This document shows, piece by piece, positions 24,447 to 35,809 of a stretch of 64,000 nt of DNA (positions are counted from its first letter, which is position 1; every line of letters begins with the position of its first letter). The notes beneath the pieces are model-generated. The model did no database searches. It was not told where the DNA came from and saw only the letters and a program-made list of their open reading frames with translations. Source of the DNA: Octopus sinensis (Eukaryota); the NCBI RefSeq assembly GCF_006345805.1, contig NC_042999.1, forward strand, positions 143,964,001 through 144,028,000, read 5' to 3'. The translations under genes and the position numbers were made by a program.

Positions 24447-25499
24447 GGTTTAAATGTTAAAAAATATACTCTATCCCTAAAGATGAAGTTTTCAGAAAAA
24501 TTGTAATTGTCAATGGTTCCTGCCTTAGTCATAGAATAATTTACTGCTTATTTACATGTATGGATTTCAGACAATATACGTTCTCTTAAGTCATAGAGGA
24601 ATTACTAAAAAGAGTCACCAGTCTCTAGTTATATAGTATTGAAATAGTGCAGGCAAATTCGGCAAGTGAGCAGCTATCATCCTTAGGAAGTGATAAAAAT
24701 CTGTAAAAGAAAGTTTGAATTGCTAAAACTTTCAAAAAAGCTAAGTGACTGACAATTACATCAGGATTTAGAAATAATCTTATTTCAAACTGAATTCCTA
24801 CCAAGCTCCAATAATGGTTATGCATCGCTTATAAGATAACATGTAGTTTTTGAGCACTACGTAGCACTAAAGTGTTTATCCTCTATGCATCTGTCAACAC
24901 ATTTTTAAATAGAATTATTCTTAACTTACATATGCACAGATACGTATGCGCACACATGTACGTACAATATTTACATGGATATATATGTGCATTCTTGGAA
25001 AAATTAAAATGTTGTCATGTCGTAGAGAGATCAATTCTTAGCAATAATGAAAATCAATTAAAATCAAAATAATATGGAATTGTATATAGATTTCCAGTAA
25101 ACCTATTTCGAAGCTTTTTCGCAAAAATATGTTTTTATTGATTTTTAAAAAAACGTCATTCTATTACTTCTGAGAATTAAACAAATTAGGTTGATTGTTT
25201 TCTACAAGTTCACAGCCGGTGTCTTACAGTTTCTTGGTTCGTAGAATTTTCAACCAATCCATCATGAGAGAAATCGAACAAAAAAGGAATCTGCAAATCG
25301 CTAAAAGAATACTGTAATAATGTTGCACGATCTTTTTTCTGTCTACTGCAGATACAAGGTCTGAAATTTTGATAGTCGATTACACTAACTTCAGTATTTG
25401 ACTGATACTTGTATTATCGACCCCAAAAGGATGAGAAGCAAAGATGACTTCGCAGAATTTAAACGCAGTATGTACAGAGACAAAAGAAATACCGCTAAA

Positions 25500-26017
25500 C
25501 ATTTTTTCTGGCGCTTTTTCGATTATACAGTTCCGCTACCTTTAGATAGCCATGAAATTGCCAAATTGAACAAAAAATGCAACTCCTCCGTCACAGACTG
25601 GTCAACAGAAAAGGACCAATTACAATGATCGACCACATGTTTCTCTAATGACGCTCTAGAAGTTGAGGGAACCTGGCTACGAAGTTCTTCCTTACTCAGC
25701 TTAGTCTCCAGACCTTTCTCCTACCGGTTACCACTTTTTCAAGTACCTTGATGGTTTCCCCCAAGAGAAGAAGTTAAAAAAATCAATCCCGTGCTTCCAC
25801 TCTAAACCAAGTGGAGAATATCGTGTTTGTAACAGCTGGACTGAGAAAGAACAGTTCAAAGAGTTCGTCAGCTCCACGACTCCAGATATTTGTTACCGGA
25901 ATAAATAAACTTGAAGCTCGCTGTAATGGTACTTTCTTTGATGAATAAAATTTCGTATTGTTGAAATATATTGTGATGAATTTCATGTTTCAAAACGTTG
26001 CTTACTTTATGCAAAGA

Positions 26018-26022
<5 letters not shown>
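25500..26022 (+). mobile_element. Mariner 3' remnant with right TIR
   Basis: RLVNRKGPI..RPHVS..GYEVLPYSA*SPDLSPTGYHFFKYLD..GINKL. TIR-like ttactttatgcaaagactgaTA. Confidence 0.75.
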
Positions 26023-26105
<83 letters not shown>

Positions 26106-26364
26106 GTATATATGTATTTATGTATGAACGTATAGATGTATGCATATATGCATGAATGCAAGTATATATTAAATGTATGTGCATGTTATATAGCTTAGCT
26201 GTTGCAAGTAATACATAGACATTCTTTGAACATTCACACTCTAGACAAAGCGGAGAATATCGAGGAGTGAGAAAAAACTGCACCAGCACTAGGCTGGTGC
26301 TCATTCAGAGCTGATTAGACAGGAGCAACGTGAAAATTAAATGCTTTGTTGAAGGGTCAACCAT

Positions 26365-28167
26365 TTATACCTGGCGGCAGTCATCAATGTATACAGGGAC
26401 TGGTTCGCTGCAATGCACACTGACATCTGTTCAGTGGTCAGAGTGAACGGTCACCTCTCAGAGCCGCTCAACATCATGCGCACGGACCGGTAAGGTTTCC
26501 CCCTCTCGTCTCACTTGTATGTAATGACTCTCGAGTTACTACTGGAGGCGTTGAGAGGCATGCAGCGTGACCTAGATGTGGGTAATGCATGTCAACATAT
26601 GCCGACGACATCACCGTCGTGGTATCGGATCATGAACACATGGAAGTGACCAGCTCCGCTGTCAGGATCTACAAAGCGTTTTCAAGGAGCAATGATTATC
26701 CTTGAAAAATCAGTGGGATTGCGTCTCGGCACCTAGAGAAGCAAATCCATGCCATCAACTGCGTCGTTGGGCGCAAGCAGACCAGTTAAATTGCTCGGGG
26801 TCTGGTTCGGTCCAGACCTCCAGATGGACAAAAACTGGGACAAAGTAACCAGCAAGGTGACTACTCTCACCCAGAAATGGCCGAGAGAAAGATATCTCCG
26901 TAAGATCTGGCTAATGCGTATATCGCGTCCGTCATGTACTATCGTTTGACCGTCGTGCATTGTCCTGGTCACCGTCTAATTACGCTGGAGCGTATACTCT
27001 TCCGGTTCTTGTGGAAGGGATGCGTCCCGATGGTCAGAAGGTCTATCTGCTGTCAACACCCGCTGCGTGGTGGCCTAGGCGTGCCATGGTTGATGAGGTA
27101 CAATATCTCCAGTGCTTCCTTGGACATGTATTTCCGCAGCTATTTTTTTAACGGAACTGCAGTCCTGGGTAAAACAGAGAGCGAGAGGGAGCATTTGGAA
27201 TGTAGAATTCTTCAGACACTCACAGCTATCAGCCAATCAGACACTGCGATAAGTGGAACGTCCACTGTAGCTTTTTATAGAGGATTAGTGGAGGAAAAGT
27301 GCGACGAGTTCTTGAGGAGACCTCGGGCGTCGAAGAAGATCAGCTAGCCGCTCTTTTCCGGAGAACTTTCGGCCCGGGACCGATGGAGGATTTCCAAAAA
27401 TCTCTGTCCTGGCAGTGCTATCGGGGAGCTTTGCCCGTTCGAGATAAACTTTATACGCACGGAAGTGCCGTCAGCCGAGCATTCTCAGATGCTTACAGGA
27501 CGATGAGGCTGTCCTACATCCACTCGTCCAGTGCCCGAGCATTGCTGACCTGTGGGTTCAAGTCGAACACCTGCTGTCGCGTGTAAGACGGATTCGACTG
27601 CCAACTGAATCCATCTTGAAGATGCACCCACTGCCTTCCTTTAACCGGGAAGGAAAGGCTGTTTATATGCCTGGTAGCCATGACGAAAGAGGTTGTATGA
27701 TGGACGAGATTGAAGGAGCTAAAAACAAACACTTTTCTCATTAGCCAATCCGTGAACTTCTTCAAGTTTCACTTGAAAAGGAAAATTAGTGTAGAGAGGG
27801 AAGTATTGTATTCAAGCCATTTTGCTGAAGGGTGGATGAAAGTGGCGAGAATGGTGCGAGTGAACGGGCCTGCCCTGAGCACACACCTGTAGCTGGAAAA
27901 AAGGAAAAAAAAAAGGCACCTGCCACAAAAGTCAAGGTACCATGGCTTTTTATGGAGATTTTTCCATGAGCAGTCCTCGAACGTCTCCTCCCTATTGAGG
28001 ATAACACATTGTTGATTTCCATTCTTTCTTATATAATTTTGTTAGTCTTGTTTACACGTAAAAGCTTCACAACAACACACACTTACACACATACACACAT
28101 ACTTTGTTTATCCTGTATTGCTCATAATGTTTCTCTTAATGAAAGCCTTGTAATTAATAAAGAAATC
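26365..28167 (+). mobile_element. 5'-truncated, degraded L1/Tx1-group LINE ending in aataaagaaatc + (ATT)n
   Basis: VRVNGHLSEP.., YADDITVVV, VKLLGVWFG, FLWKG..RRSICCQHPLRGGLG, CYRGALPVRDKL. Confidence 0.85.
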
Positions 28168-28214
28168 ATTATTATTATTATTATTATTATATTATTATTA
28201 TTATTATTATTATT

Positions 28215-28400
28215 CAGTAATTTTATTTTTTATAGCGTGCTTTCACTTCACTACCGAGCGCAACTCTGTGTGCCTTGGGTATGTGCTGTGATTTGTTGTG
28301 ATGCTCTGATGGTTATTGTATGGAAAGTGTTCTGCGTAGGATGTGTGCAGTGCTTAGTAGTGCAATTTTCTGTATGTTATATGTGTTTGTAAGACCTATC
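28215..28400 (-). mobile_element. Very short 3' tail of an R4-type LINE, bounded by (ATT)n on both sides
   Basis: Reads IGLTNTYNIQKIALLSTAHILRRTLSIQ* plus a ~95-nt UTR. Confidence 0.8.
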
Positions 28401-28421
28401 ATTATTATTATTATTATTATT

Positions 28422-29597
28422 ACCTTTGCACAGCTTCTAACGCTGGAGATGTACTACGGTATCAGCTGTTCACTACCAGTGAACTAAGGTAACACTTCTT
28501 ATTTTTCGAGCACCTTCCAGAGTTTTCGAGCGGTTCTTCACGTTGGTATTATACCTAGGGTGTCATATATTTGGTTTTGCACGTAATATTGTTCTAGAGA
28601 ATGTTTAAGAGAACAAAATAAAATTATAAGTTTGTTTTAAAATTTTAGATTACATAGACAGTATTTTACGTAGGATATGGGCAGTTCCTATGAGCACTAT
28701 TTTTTAAAATCTCTGCCATGTTGAGTTTCCTGGTATTTGAGCTAGGTGGGATTCAGCCCCTTTTGCTATCATCCCTAGGACACCTATGACAACAGGTATT
28801 GTTTTAGTTTTCTGGTTTCACACTTTGCCAATTTCTATTTTAGGATCTTTATACTTGCTTTGTTTTTGGTAGGTCTTGACAGATACGTTTATGTCGATTT
28901 GGACAGTCATATCAATGAGGAGGCATGATTTTTGTTTGAAATCTTTCAATATGATGTCTGGCCTATTCGCATCTATCTTTCTCTCAGTTTGGACGGTGAA
29001 GTTCCAGAGGAGTGAGATGTGATCATTTTCAAGCACTGGAGGCGGTTTGTGTTCCCACCAGTTTTTATCATGGAGCAAGTCCAGATTTTTGAAAATTACA
29101 CAGTGAATATACAGTGCTGCTCTATCATTGATGGGTAAGGGCTTTGTTAACATCGGCATTATTAGCTCTCTTTGAGTATTTGCCATGGAGAGGTTTTTCT
29201 TGCCATCTGTCAGTATGACAGCAGTTTTAGGCAGCATCTAAGACAATAGTTTTAGCACGGGTTTTCATACGCTTGACTTTTTCTGTGCCTGTTTCCAGTA
29301 TGTTTAACTTTGCGATTTGTCGTATCTGGAATTCACTTAGATATTCCTTTGCCTGTTTTGTTACTGTTCTCTTTTAGAGAAACCTTGACATCTGTTTGTA
29401 TTGAAACATCGGTTACCAAGCATTTTTTCGTCTTGATGTCTGACAACTATATCCAGCATACTGGCTTTAATTTGCCTATCTGTGTCTATTGAGATATCCC
29501 AAAATACAGCTGCTTTCTCATTTTACTGTGACCTTTTCTGGCGTGTGGTTATATTTTTCGTAGTGTTGACCTAGCTTCAAGTGTATATATAGGTCTC
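28422..29597 (-). mobile_element. Composite R4-type segment: family B RLE piece / family A piece / third-family tail
   Basis: 29385-29560 matches positions 20-180 (family B). 28545-29385 matches 9715-10720 (family A) with deletions. 28422-28545 encodes a different end, TARKLWKVLEK*. Confidence 0.8.
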
Positions 29598-29632
29598 ATT
29601 ATTATCATCATCATCATTATCATTATTATTAT

Positions 29633-30504
29633 ATAACTGTTCAACATTTGGAAGGTTAAGGTAAATTTCTACTGCATCACCTACTACACCTCCGTGTTAC
29701 AGGGATGTGTGCAGCATTGTGTGTTCTTTTCTGCTGTTGGGTGTGTGCAAACTCTTCCTGGTACTGCATTGTGCTTGAGGTGTGGTGCATTTTTTTTTGT
29801 GTGTTACTACTTGTATTGTGTGTTGAGTGTGTAATGCATTGATTAATTCGGCTTGCTGGTGGGCGTTTATCCCATTGGGTAATTGCTGTATAGAGTTGTC
29901 TTGCGCTTGTGGGAAGTTTTTTTAGGTTATATTATTAGATTGATAGTGACTTGCGTAGAATGTGGGCTGTTCCCAGCAAGGCTATTTTTTTGGACAGTGT
30001 GTAGTGATGAGGATCCAGGCAAAGCTTCTACGTTTTTGTTCATATCGTTTTTTTTATCATGCTCAGTGCTCCAATTATTATTGGTATTGTTTTTACCTTG
30101 ATGCTCCACATCTTGAGTCTTCAATTTCAAGGTTTTTGTACTTTGACAATTTCGCCAGTCCTGTTTTCACAATATTTTGATCAGAAGAGTTTGTAAAGTC
30201 TGTTAGTAAGCAGGTGTTTTTTGCCAAATCCTTGATTATTATATCTGGGGAATTAGCTTTTATTTCTTTGTCGGTTTGAACCGGAAAATCCCAGATAATT
30301 GTCGCCTGTTCGTTGTCTTACACATTGTTTGGTACATGTTTATACCACTTATTGTCAGTGTTAATGTGAAGTTGGCATTATTGTCCAGTAGATATAACTG
30401 CTTACTTTATCGTGTTTGTATATATATTCAGACTTGTCAAGGACTGGGCCCGAGATGATGAGGTCAACTGTCTTATTGTGCTAGTTGCACTATCTGCATC
30501 ATTG
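29633..30504 (-). mobile_element. R4-type LINE family C, 3' fragment (CCHC remnant, RLE, ~300-nt 3' UTR)
   Basis: KHDKVSSYIYW..IIWDFPVQTDKEIKANSPDIIIKD..KLSKYKNLEIE..TIPIIIGAL..KIALLGTAHILRKSLSI*. Confidence 0.8.
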
Positions 30505-30519
30505 TTATTATTATTATTA

Positions 30520-30558
<39 letters not shown>

Positions 30559-30597
30559 CATTATTATTATCATTATTATTATTATTATTATTATTAT

Positions 30598-33500
30598 GGC
30601 AATCCCTCAAGGTCGAGGATGATAGTCTTCGCGCAAATTTACTGGTGAGTCCGTAGGTGACTGATAAGACCAATTCTTGCTTGAAAAGATCGGTCGCAGT
30701 GCGGACATCTAGTGCCGGAAGGAAGAGTCGCGCGTGGTTGTTGTTGGCGCTCCTTCCGTCGTCGTCTTTTCTCCTCCAGCTCTGCAGACCTTTTCGACTC
30801 GAAAGTCGCCGTTCCCTCATGGATGGCGGTTTTCCAGAGTGGTCTGTTTTTTGCCGTTTCCTCCCAGTTAGTGAAGTCGATGTCACACTTTTTGAGGTTC
30901 GTTTTCAGGGAGTCCTTGTAGCGTTAGTTCTGGCCTCCTTTTGTACGCTTGCCGTCTTTGAGTTGGGAGTAGAAGATCTGTTTGGGAAGTCGTTCGTCAG
31001 TCATTCTAACCACGTGGCCGCTCCATCTTAGTTGGCCTTTGATGACATAGGCTTCGATGCTGGTCATTTTTGCTTCTTGTAGCACGCTGACGTTAGTTCT
31101 TCTGTCTTCCCAGCTGATGTTAAGGATCTTCCCAAGACAGCGTTGGTGAAATTTCTCGAGCGTTTTCAGGTGGTGACTATACGAGGTCCAGGTTTCGGAT
31201 GCGTAAAGGAGGATTGGAATAATGACTGCCCTGTACACAATGAGTTTGGTTTCGGTTCGGATGTCCCGATCAGCAAAAACTCTTGTTCGAAGCTTGCCGA
31301 AAGCTGTTCCTGCACACTTCAGACGGTGTTGGATTTCATCGCTGAGGTCTACCTTTGCTGACAGATGGCTCCCAAGGTAGCAGAAGTGGTTCACATTTTC
31401 CAGTGGAATTCCTTCGAGTTGAATCGATGGCGGGTTGTCAACACGGGCGTTGGGAGGAGGTTGGTAGAGTAAGTGAGTCTTCTTGATGTTGATGCTCAGT
31501 CCAAGTTTAGTATATGCATGATGAAAAGGATTTAGGATCGGTTGGAGGTGATCCTCTCTGTGAGCTGCTACACTGTTGTTGTCGGCATATTGGAACTCTA
31601 GCAAGCTTCGTGCCATTGTCTTTGACGTACTTTTGAGGCGAGCGAGGTTGAAAAGCTTGCCGTCCATTCTGTACGAGATCTCGATGCCAGGTGGAAGGTC
31701 ATCTCGTATGATATGCAACACTGTCGCGATAAAGATGGTAAAGAGAGTTGGCGCTATCACGCAGCCTTGCTTCACTCCGGAGGTGACTTTAAAGGGCTCA
31801 GAACTGCCTCCGTCGGTCTGGACTCTGGTGTGCATATTGTCGTGGAGGAGTTTGAGGATCCGGATGAACTTATCTGGGCATCCATACTGGGCGAGAATAT
31901 CCCAGAGGAGCTCTCGCGAGACACGATCAAAGGCTTTGGATAGGTCGATAAATACCAAATAGTTCGGTTGGTGTTGCTCACGACATTTTTCTTGTAGCTG
32001 TCGCAGCGTGAAGATCATGTCGGTTGTGCTTCGTGATGGCCTAAAGCCGGTCTGCGTCTCAGGAAGGATCCTCTCTGACAGCGTTTTGAGGCGGTTGTTC
32101 AGGATGCGTGCAAGAATCTTCCCAGCAGTTGCTAATAAGGAAATACTCCGGTAATTTCCACACTCAGAACGATCGCCCTTTCATTTGTAAATGGTAATGA
32201 TGTTGGCATCCCTGAAGTCGGATGGTACAACTTCATTTGTCCAGATTTTGACCAAGAGTTGGTGGAGCTGGTGTTGGACAAAATCACCTCCCAGTTTGTA
32301 GATCTCAGCTGGGATTCCGTCAGGACCCGCGGCTTTGTTGATCTTCATCGCTGTGATAGCAATTTTGACCTCTTCGAGGGATGGAATTCGAGCGAGAGAG
32401 TAATCTTTGGCCTCTTTAGGAATCATGTCAAGTATTCTTTTGTCGATGGTAGCTTTGTGATTGAGGAGGTCATCGAAGTGTTCTCTTCATCTGTCTCCTA
32501 TTTCGGTGTTGCTTTTCAGGATAGTCGCTCCGTCTTTACTCTTCAGAGGAGCCTGTCCATGTGTGGAAGGTCCGTATATTTCTTTCGTGGCTTTGAAGAA
32601 CCCTCTGGTGTCGTTTACATCTGCTAGCTGCTGGATTTCACGAGATTTGTGTCTCCACCACTGGTTCTTTAGGGTACGGGTTGTCCTTTGAACTGCGGCT
32701 TTGCACTTTTTGAAAGACTCTCGTTTAGTGGCAGGCTTTGAATCATTCTGTGAGCTGATGAAAGCTTTCCGTTTTTGGTCGATCAGTTCTTTGAGAGCTT
32801 CATCACTGTCGTCGAACCAGTCCTGGTGTTTCCTTTTCTTGCGACCGATGGTTTCTTCGCAAGCGGTAATGATGGTTTCTTTCAGCTGGTTTCAATTTTC
32901 TTCGACGAGATGATTTGGAGTCTTATTTTGAAGATTGACCTGTAGGCGCTGCTGGAAAGCGACACGAGCTTTTGGGTCTTGCAGTGCTTTGATGTTGAAT
33001 TTCTTTATTCTGCTTTCCTTGCTGTGATATTTCACTTTTGGTCGGAGTTTGATTTTCATGGTAGAGGCGATGAGGCGATGATCTGTCCAGCACTCATCTG
33101 CTCCAGTGGCGGCTCTGGTGAGCAATACATCTTGCTGGTCTCGGGATCTCACGATGATATAGTGGATGAGATGCCATTTTTTAGATCTTGGATGCTGCCA
33201 TGAGACCTTATATCGATTCTTCTAGCGAAAAAGGGTGTTGGTTATCACCAGGTTATGTTCAGCACATTTGGTGAGTAGCAGAGTTCCATTGGCATTGACT
33301 TTTCCCACTCCTTCCTTTCCGATGGTTCCTGTCCAGAGTTCACGATCTCTCCCAACTCTGGCGTTGAAATCTCCCAGAAGAATGATCTTGTCGTCCTTTG
33401 GGACGGTAGAGAGAATGCTATCAAGCTGGCTGTAAAACTCTTCCTTGACTAAATCCTCCGCGTCAAGGGTGGGAGCATACGCGCTGATGATAGTTGCGTG

Positions 33501-34467
33501 CTGACTTTTGACAAGCTGGATTCGGAGGGTCATGAGTCGTGCGGACATTCCGATGGGCTGCTCTGTCAGTTTGGATAGGATGGTGTTTCGTATTGCACCA
33601 TGGATCCGTTGATGGTCGGGATCGTAACCTTTCCAGAAAAAGGTGTATTGACCGCCTTCTTCTCTCAGCCGGCCTTCTCCGGCTCTCCGGGTTTCACTGA
33701 GAGCTACGATGTCAAAATTGAATCGATGGAGTTCCCGGGCGATGATTGCAGTTCGCCTTTCGGGTCTGTCTGAGTTGGTGTTATCTATGAGAGTCCTGAT
33801 ATTCCAGGTCCCGAATTTCAGCGTTGCGTATCTTGATCTTGATTTTTGACCGCATGATGGTGATCCCTCTGGACGCGGTTTTCCAGACAGGATTGGGTGA
33901 AGCAGACTATGTTTAGGGCACCTTTTCTAGCCCCTTCCCAATTCAGGGTGAGCAGATTGGATCCCAAACAGGGCTGGTCAGTCGTGGATACTGCTGCCGA
34001 ACATCTTCCCTGCTTCTTCCGAAAGATAGAGCAACTGAATCATGTAACCACCGCATCCGTGCCGGTTCTGCACTAGGCGCCTCCAGCCTTCACGAGCCTG
34101 TTCCCGTCATCCATCGCCGATCGCCGAAAGACTTGGAAAGAATAAGAAGAGTGGTGGCGAAGACGCCTGTGCGTGAAATTGTTTAACGTGTGCTTGAGGT
34201 CGCACGCCCAGTAAAGCACACGTAAACTTGACAGACCACCAACTTGACCCAATGGCAAGGTAAACCGAGACGATTGGAGTCGATGGTCTGCTGCAGCCTT
34301 CGTCCGCCTTCACAGCCGTTGAGTTGTTAAGGCAACTTCATCCGCCTGTTCCACCGTTGAGGACTTGATCACTGTCAGATCCCCGTTTGCCGCTAACACA
34401 GCTGGCCTGCTGTGCTCGCGTTGCCCAGTCTGCATCCCGTGGAGGAGGGGTTGAACTTTTGCAGACC
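30598..34467 (-). mobile_element. Apparently full-length RTE-clade (BovB-like) LINE, 3870 bp, with few disablements
   Basis: ~600-nt GC-rich 5' region. APE motifs LKFGTWNIRTL, DIVALSETR, LLGDFNARVG, TDHRLI. RT motifs GVKQGCVIAP, QYADNN. C-terminal CPHCDRSFQARIGLISHLRTHQ*. Short 3' UTR then (AAT)n; (AAT)n also lies 5'. Confidence 0.93.
30639..33860 (-). pseudogene. RTE APE-RT ORF broken by an in-frame stop (33222), frameshifts and a YADD-to-YADN change
   Basis: ORF-track pieces 33222-33548, 32892-33152, 32181-32426 and 30924-32018 are collinear parts of one ORF. Confidence 0.9.
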
Positions 34468-34488
34468 ATTATTATTATGATAATGAGG

Positions 34489-34925
34489 GATGGGCTACAG
34501 CAAATATTCTGCTTAATAGCACAGAGTTGCTTGTCAGTTGTTTGACCATAACCAGTTGAGCATGTCCCTTAGTGGCTGACGATATGTGCATCTCTGATCA
34601 CAAGCAAAAGTAGTGGGGGAGCATCATAGCCATGTGTTGAGAGGAATTCTTTGGGGTTTGGATAATTCACCTTTGGAAGCCTGGGTTCAACATCCTTAAA
34701 CAATCCTTATTCAGGGACCTTTTGAGTGGGGTGGGCTACTCAACCAGAAGAAAATTCTAACTGGGCCCCACCTGCAAGGTCAAGCGGTGTTTATCATGAT
34801 ATGAGATCACCATGTCGCGCACATATGGTTGTGATGCATGTGCCTGGTGTACCCTTATCAGGCTTATCAGGCTTAGTATATTTTACCCCCGTGTCACTTT
34901 GATGGCATGCACTGCTCGCTCACTC
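34489..34925 (+). mobile_element. Non-coding (AAT)n-tailed element X, copy 2 (5'-truncated)
   Basis: Matches 10900-11351; followed by ~23 AAT units (34926-34994). Confidence 0.75.
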
Positions 34926-34995
<70 letters not shown>

Positions 34996-35809
34996 GCATC
35001 ATTCAGAATAACACTAACACAAGTTTCTCACTTCATATACCATGCCATATTCGCTATATTGCAAAATGCCAACCAAAAGACATAATTACAACAATCGGTC
35101 TGCAATGGAAGCAAACCATTGATTTTATTCGATTTTTATGCCATAATTTCTTCAGTTCTTTATAGTAAACTTTGTTTCATTTTCTACTCTTTTCTTCCCA
35201 TCTTTATTTTATCCTTTTTTCCTTTCTTTCTCATCGTTTGGTTTCGCATGCTGTAAGTGCTATGATTTCATTCACAATTAAAGACACACTCCTACTACAA
35301 ATTACACGTGAGCGCTTTCATGACCATCATTTTTATCACCACTAAACCAAAATCATCACCACCATAACTGACATTGCTGCTACAATTCCCTATTAGCATC
35401 ATACTCGCTAGTACATTCATCATGTTCAGGCTGTCACCTCAATTATCAAGAGCATTAATAACATCAAAATCTCCAAAACCACAAAAAGTACAATTACTCC
35501 GCCTGTATCATGCTTGACCTCATGGAAACAAACGTTGATGTGACACCTACCATTTTGTTATAGAAGTATTATACCGTTTCTATTATTATGTAACTGCCTC
35601 TGCTATAACACTCATCCCATAGCCACCAATGCTGGGAGCCACCGGTCTACCAAAAGCCACCATCGCTATCTTGTCGCCACTACCACCATACCTTACCGAC
35701 TGCTAATTCGAACCTCCTATGTACTTAATTCGATCTACTCTACCCTTTCAGTTGAAAAAATTGGCTTTCCTATCAAGTAAAAAAGAAATATTATTGCAAT
35801 GGTGATTTG

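Noticed and set aside
28390-29597. 8-bp inverted repeat agacctat/ataggtct bracketing the chimera as TIRs
   Set aside because: Too short, and the left arm is part of an R4 coding tail; likely chance.
30657-33435. Plus-strand ORFs of 66-128 aa over the RTE element, and likewise 4603-4989 over the CR1 fragment
   Set aside because: Antisense shadows of LINE coding sequence with no independent motifs.
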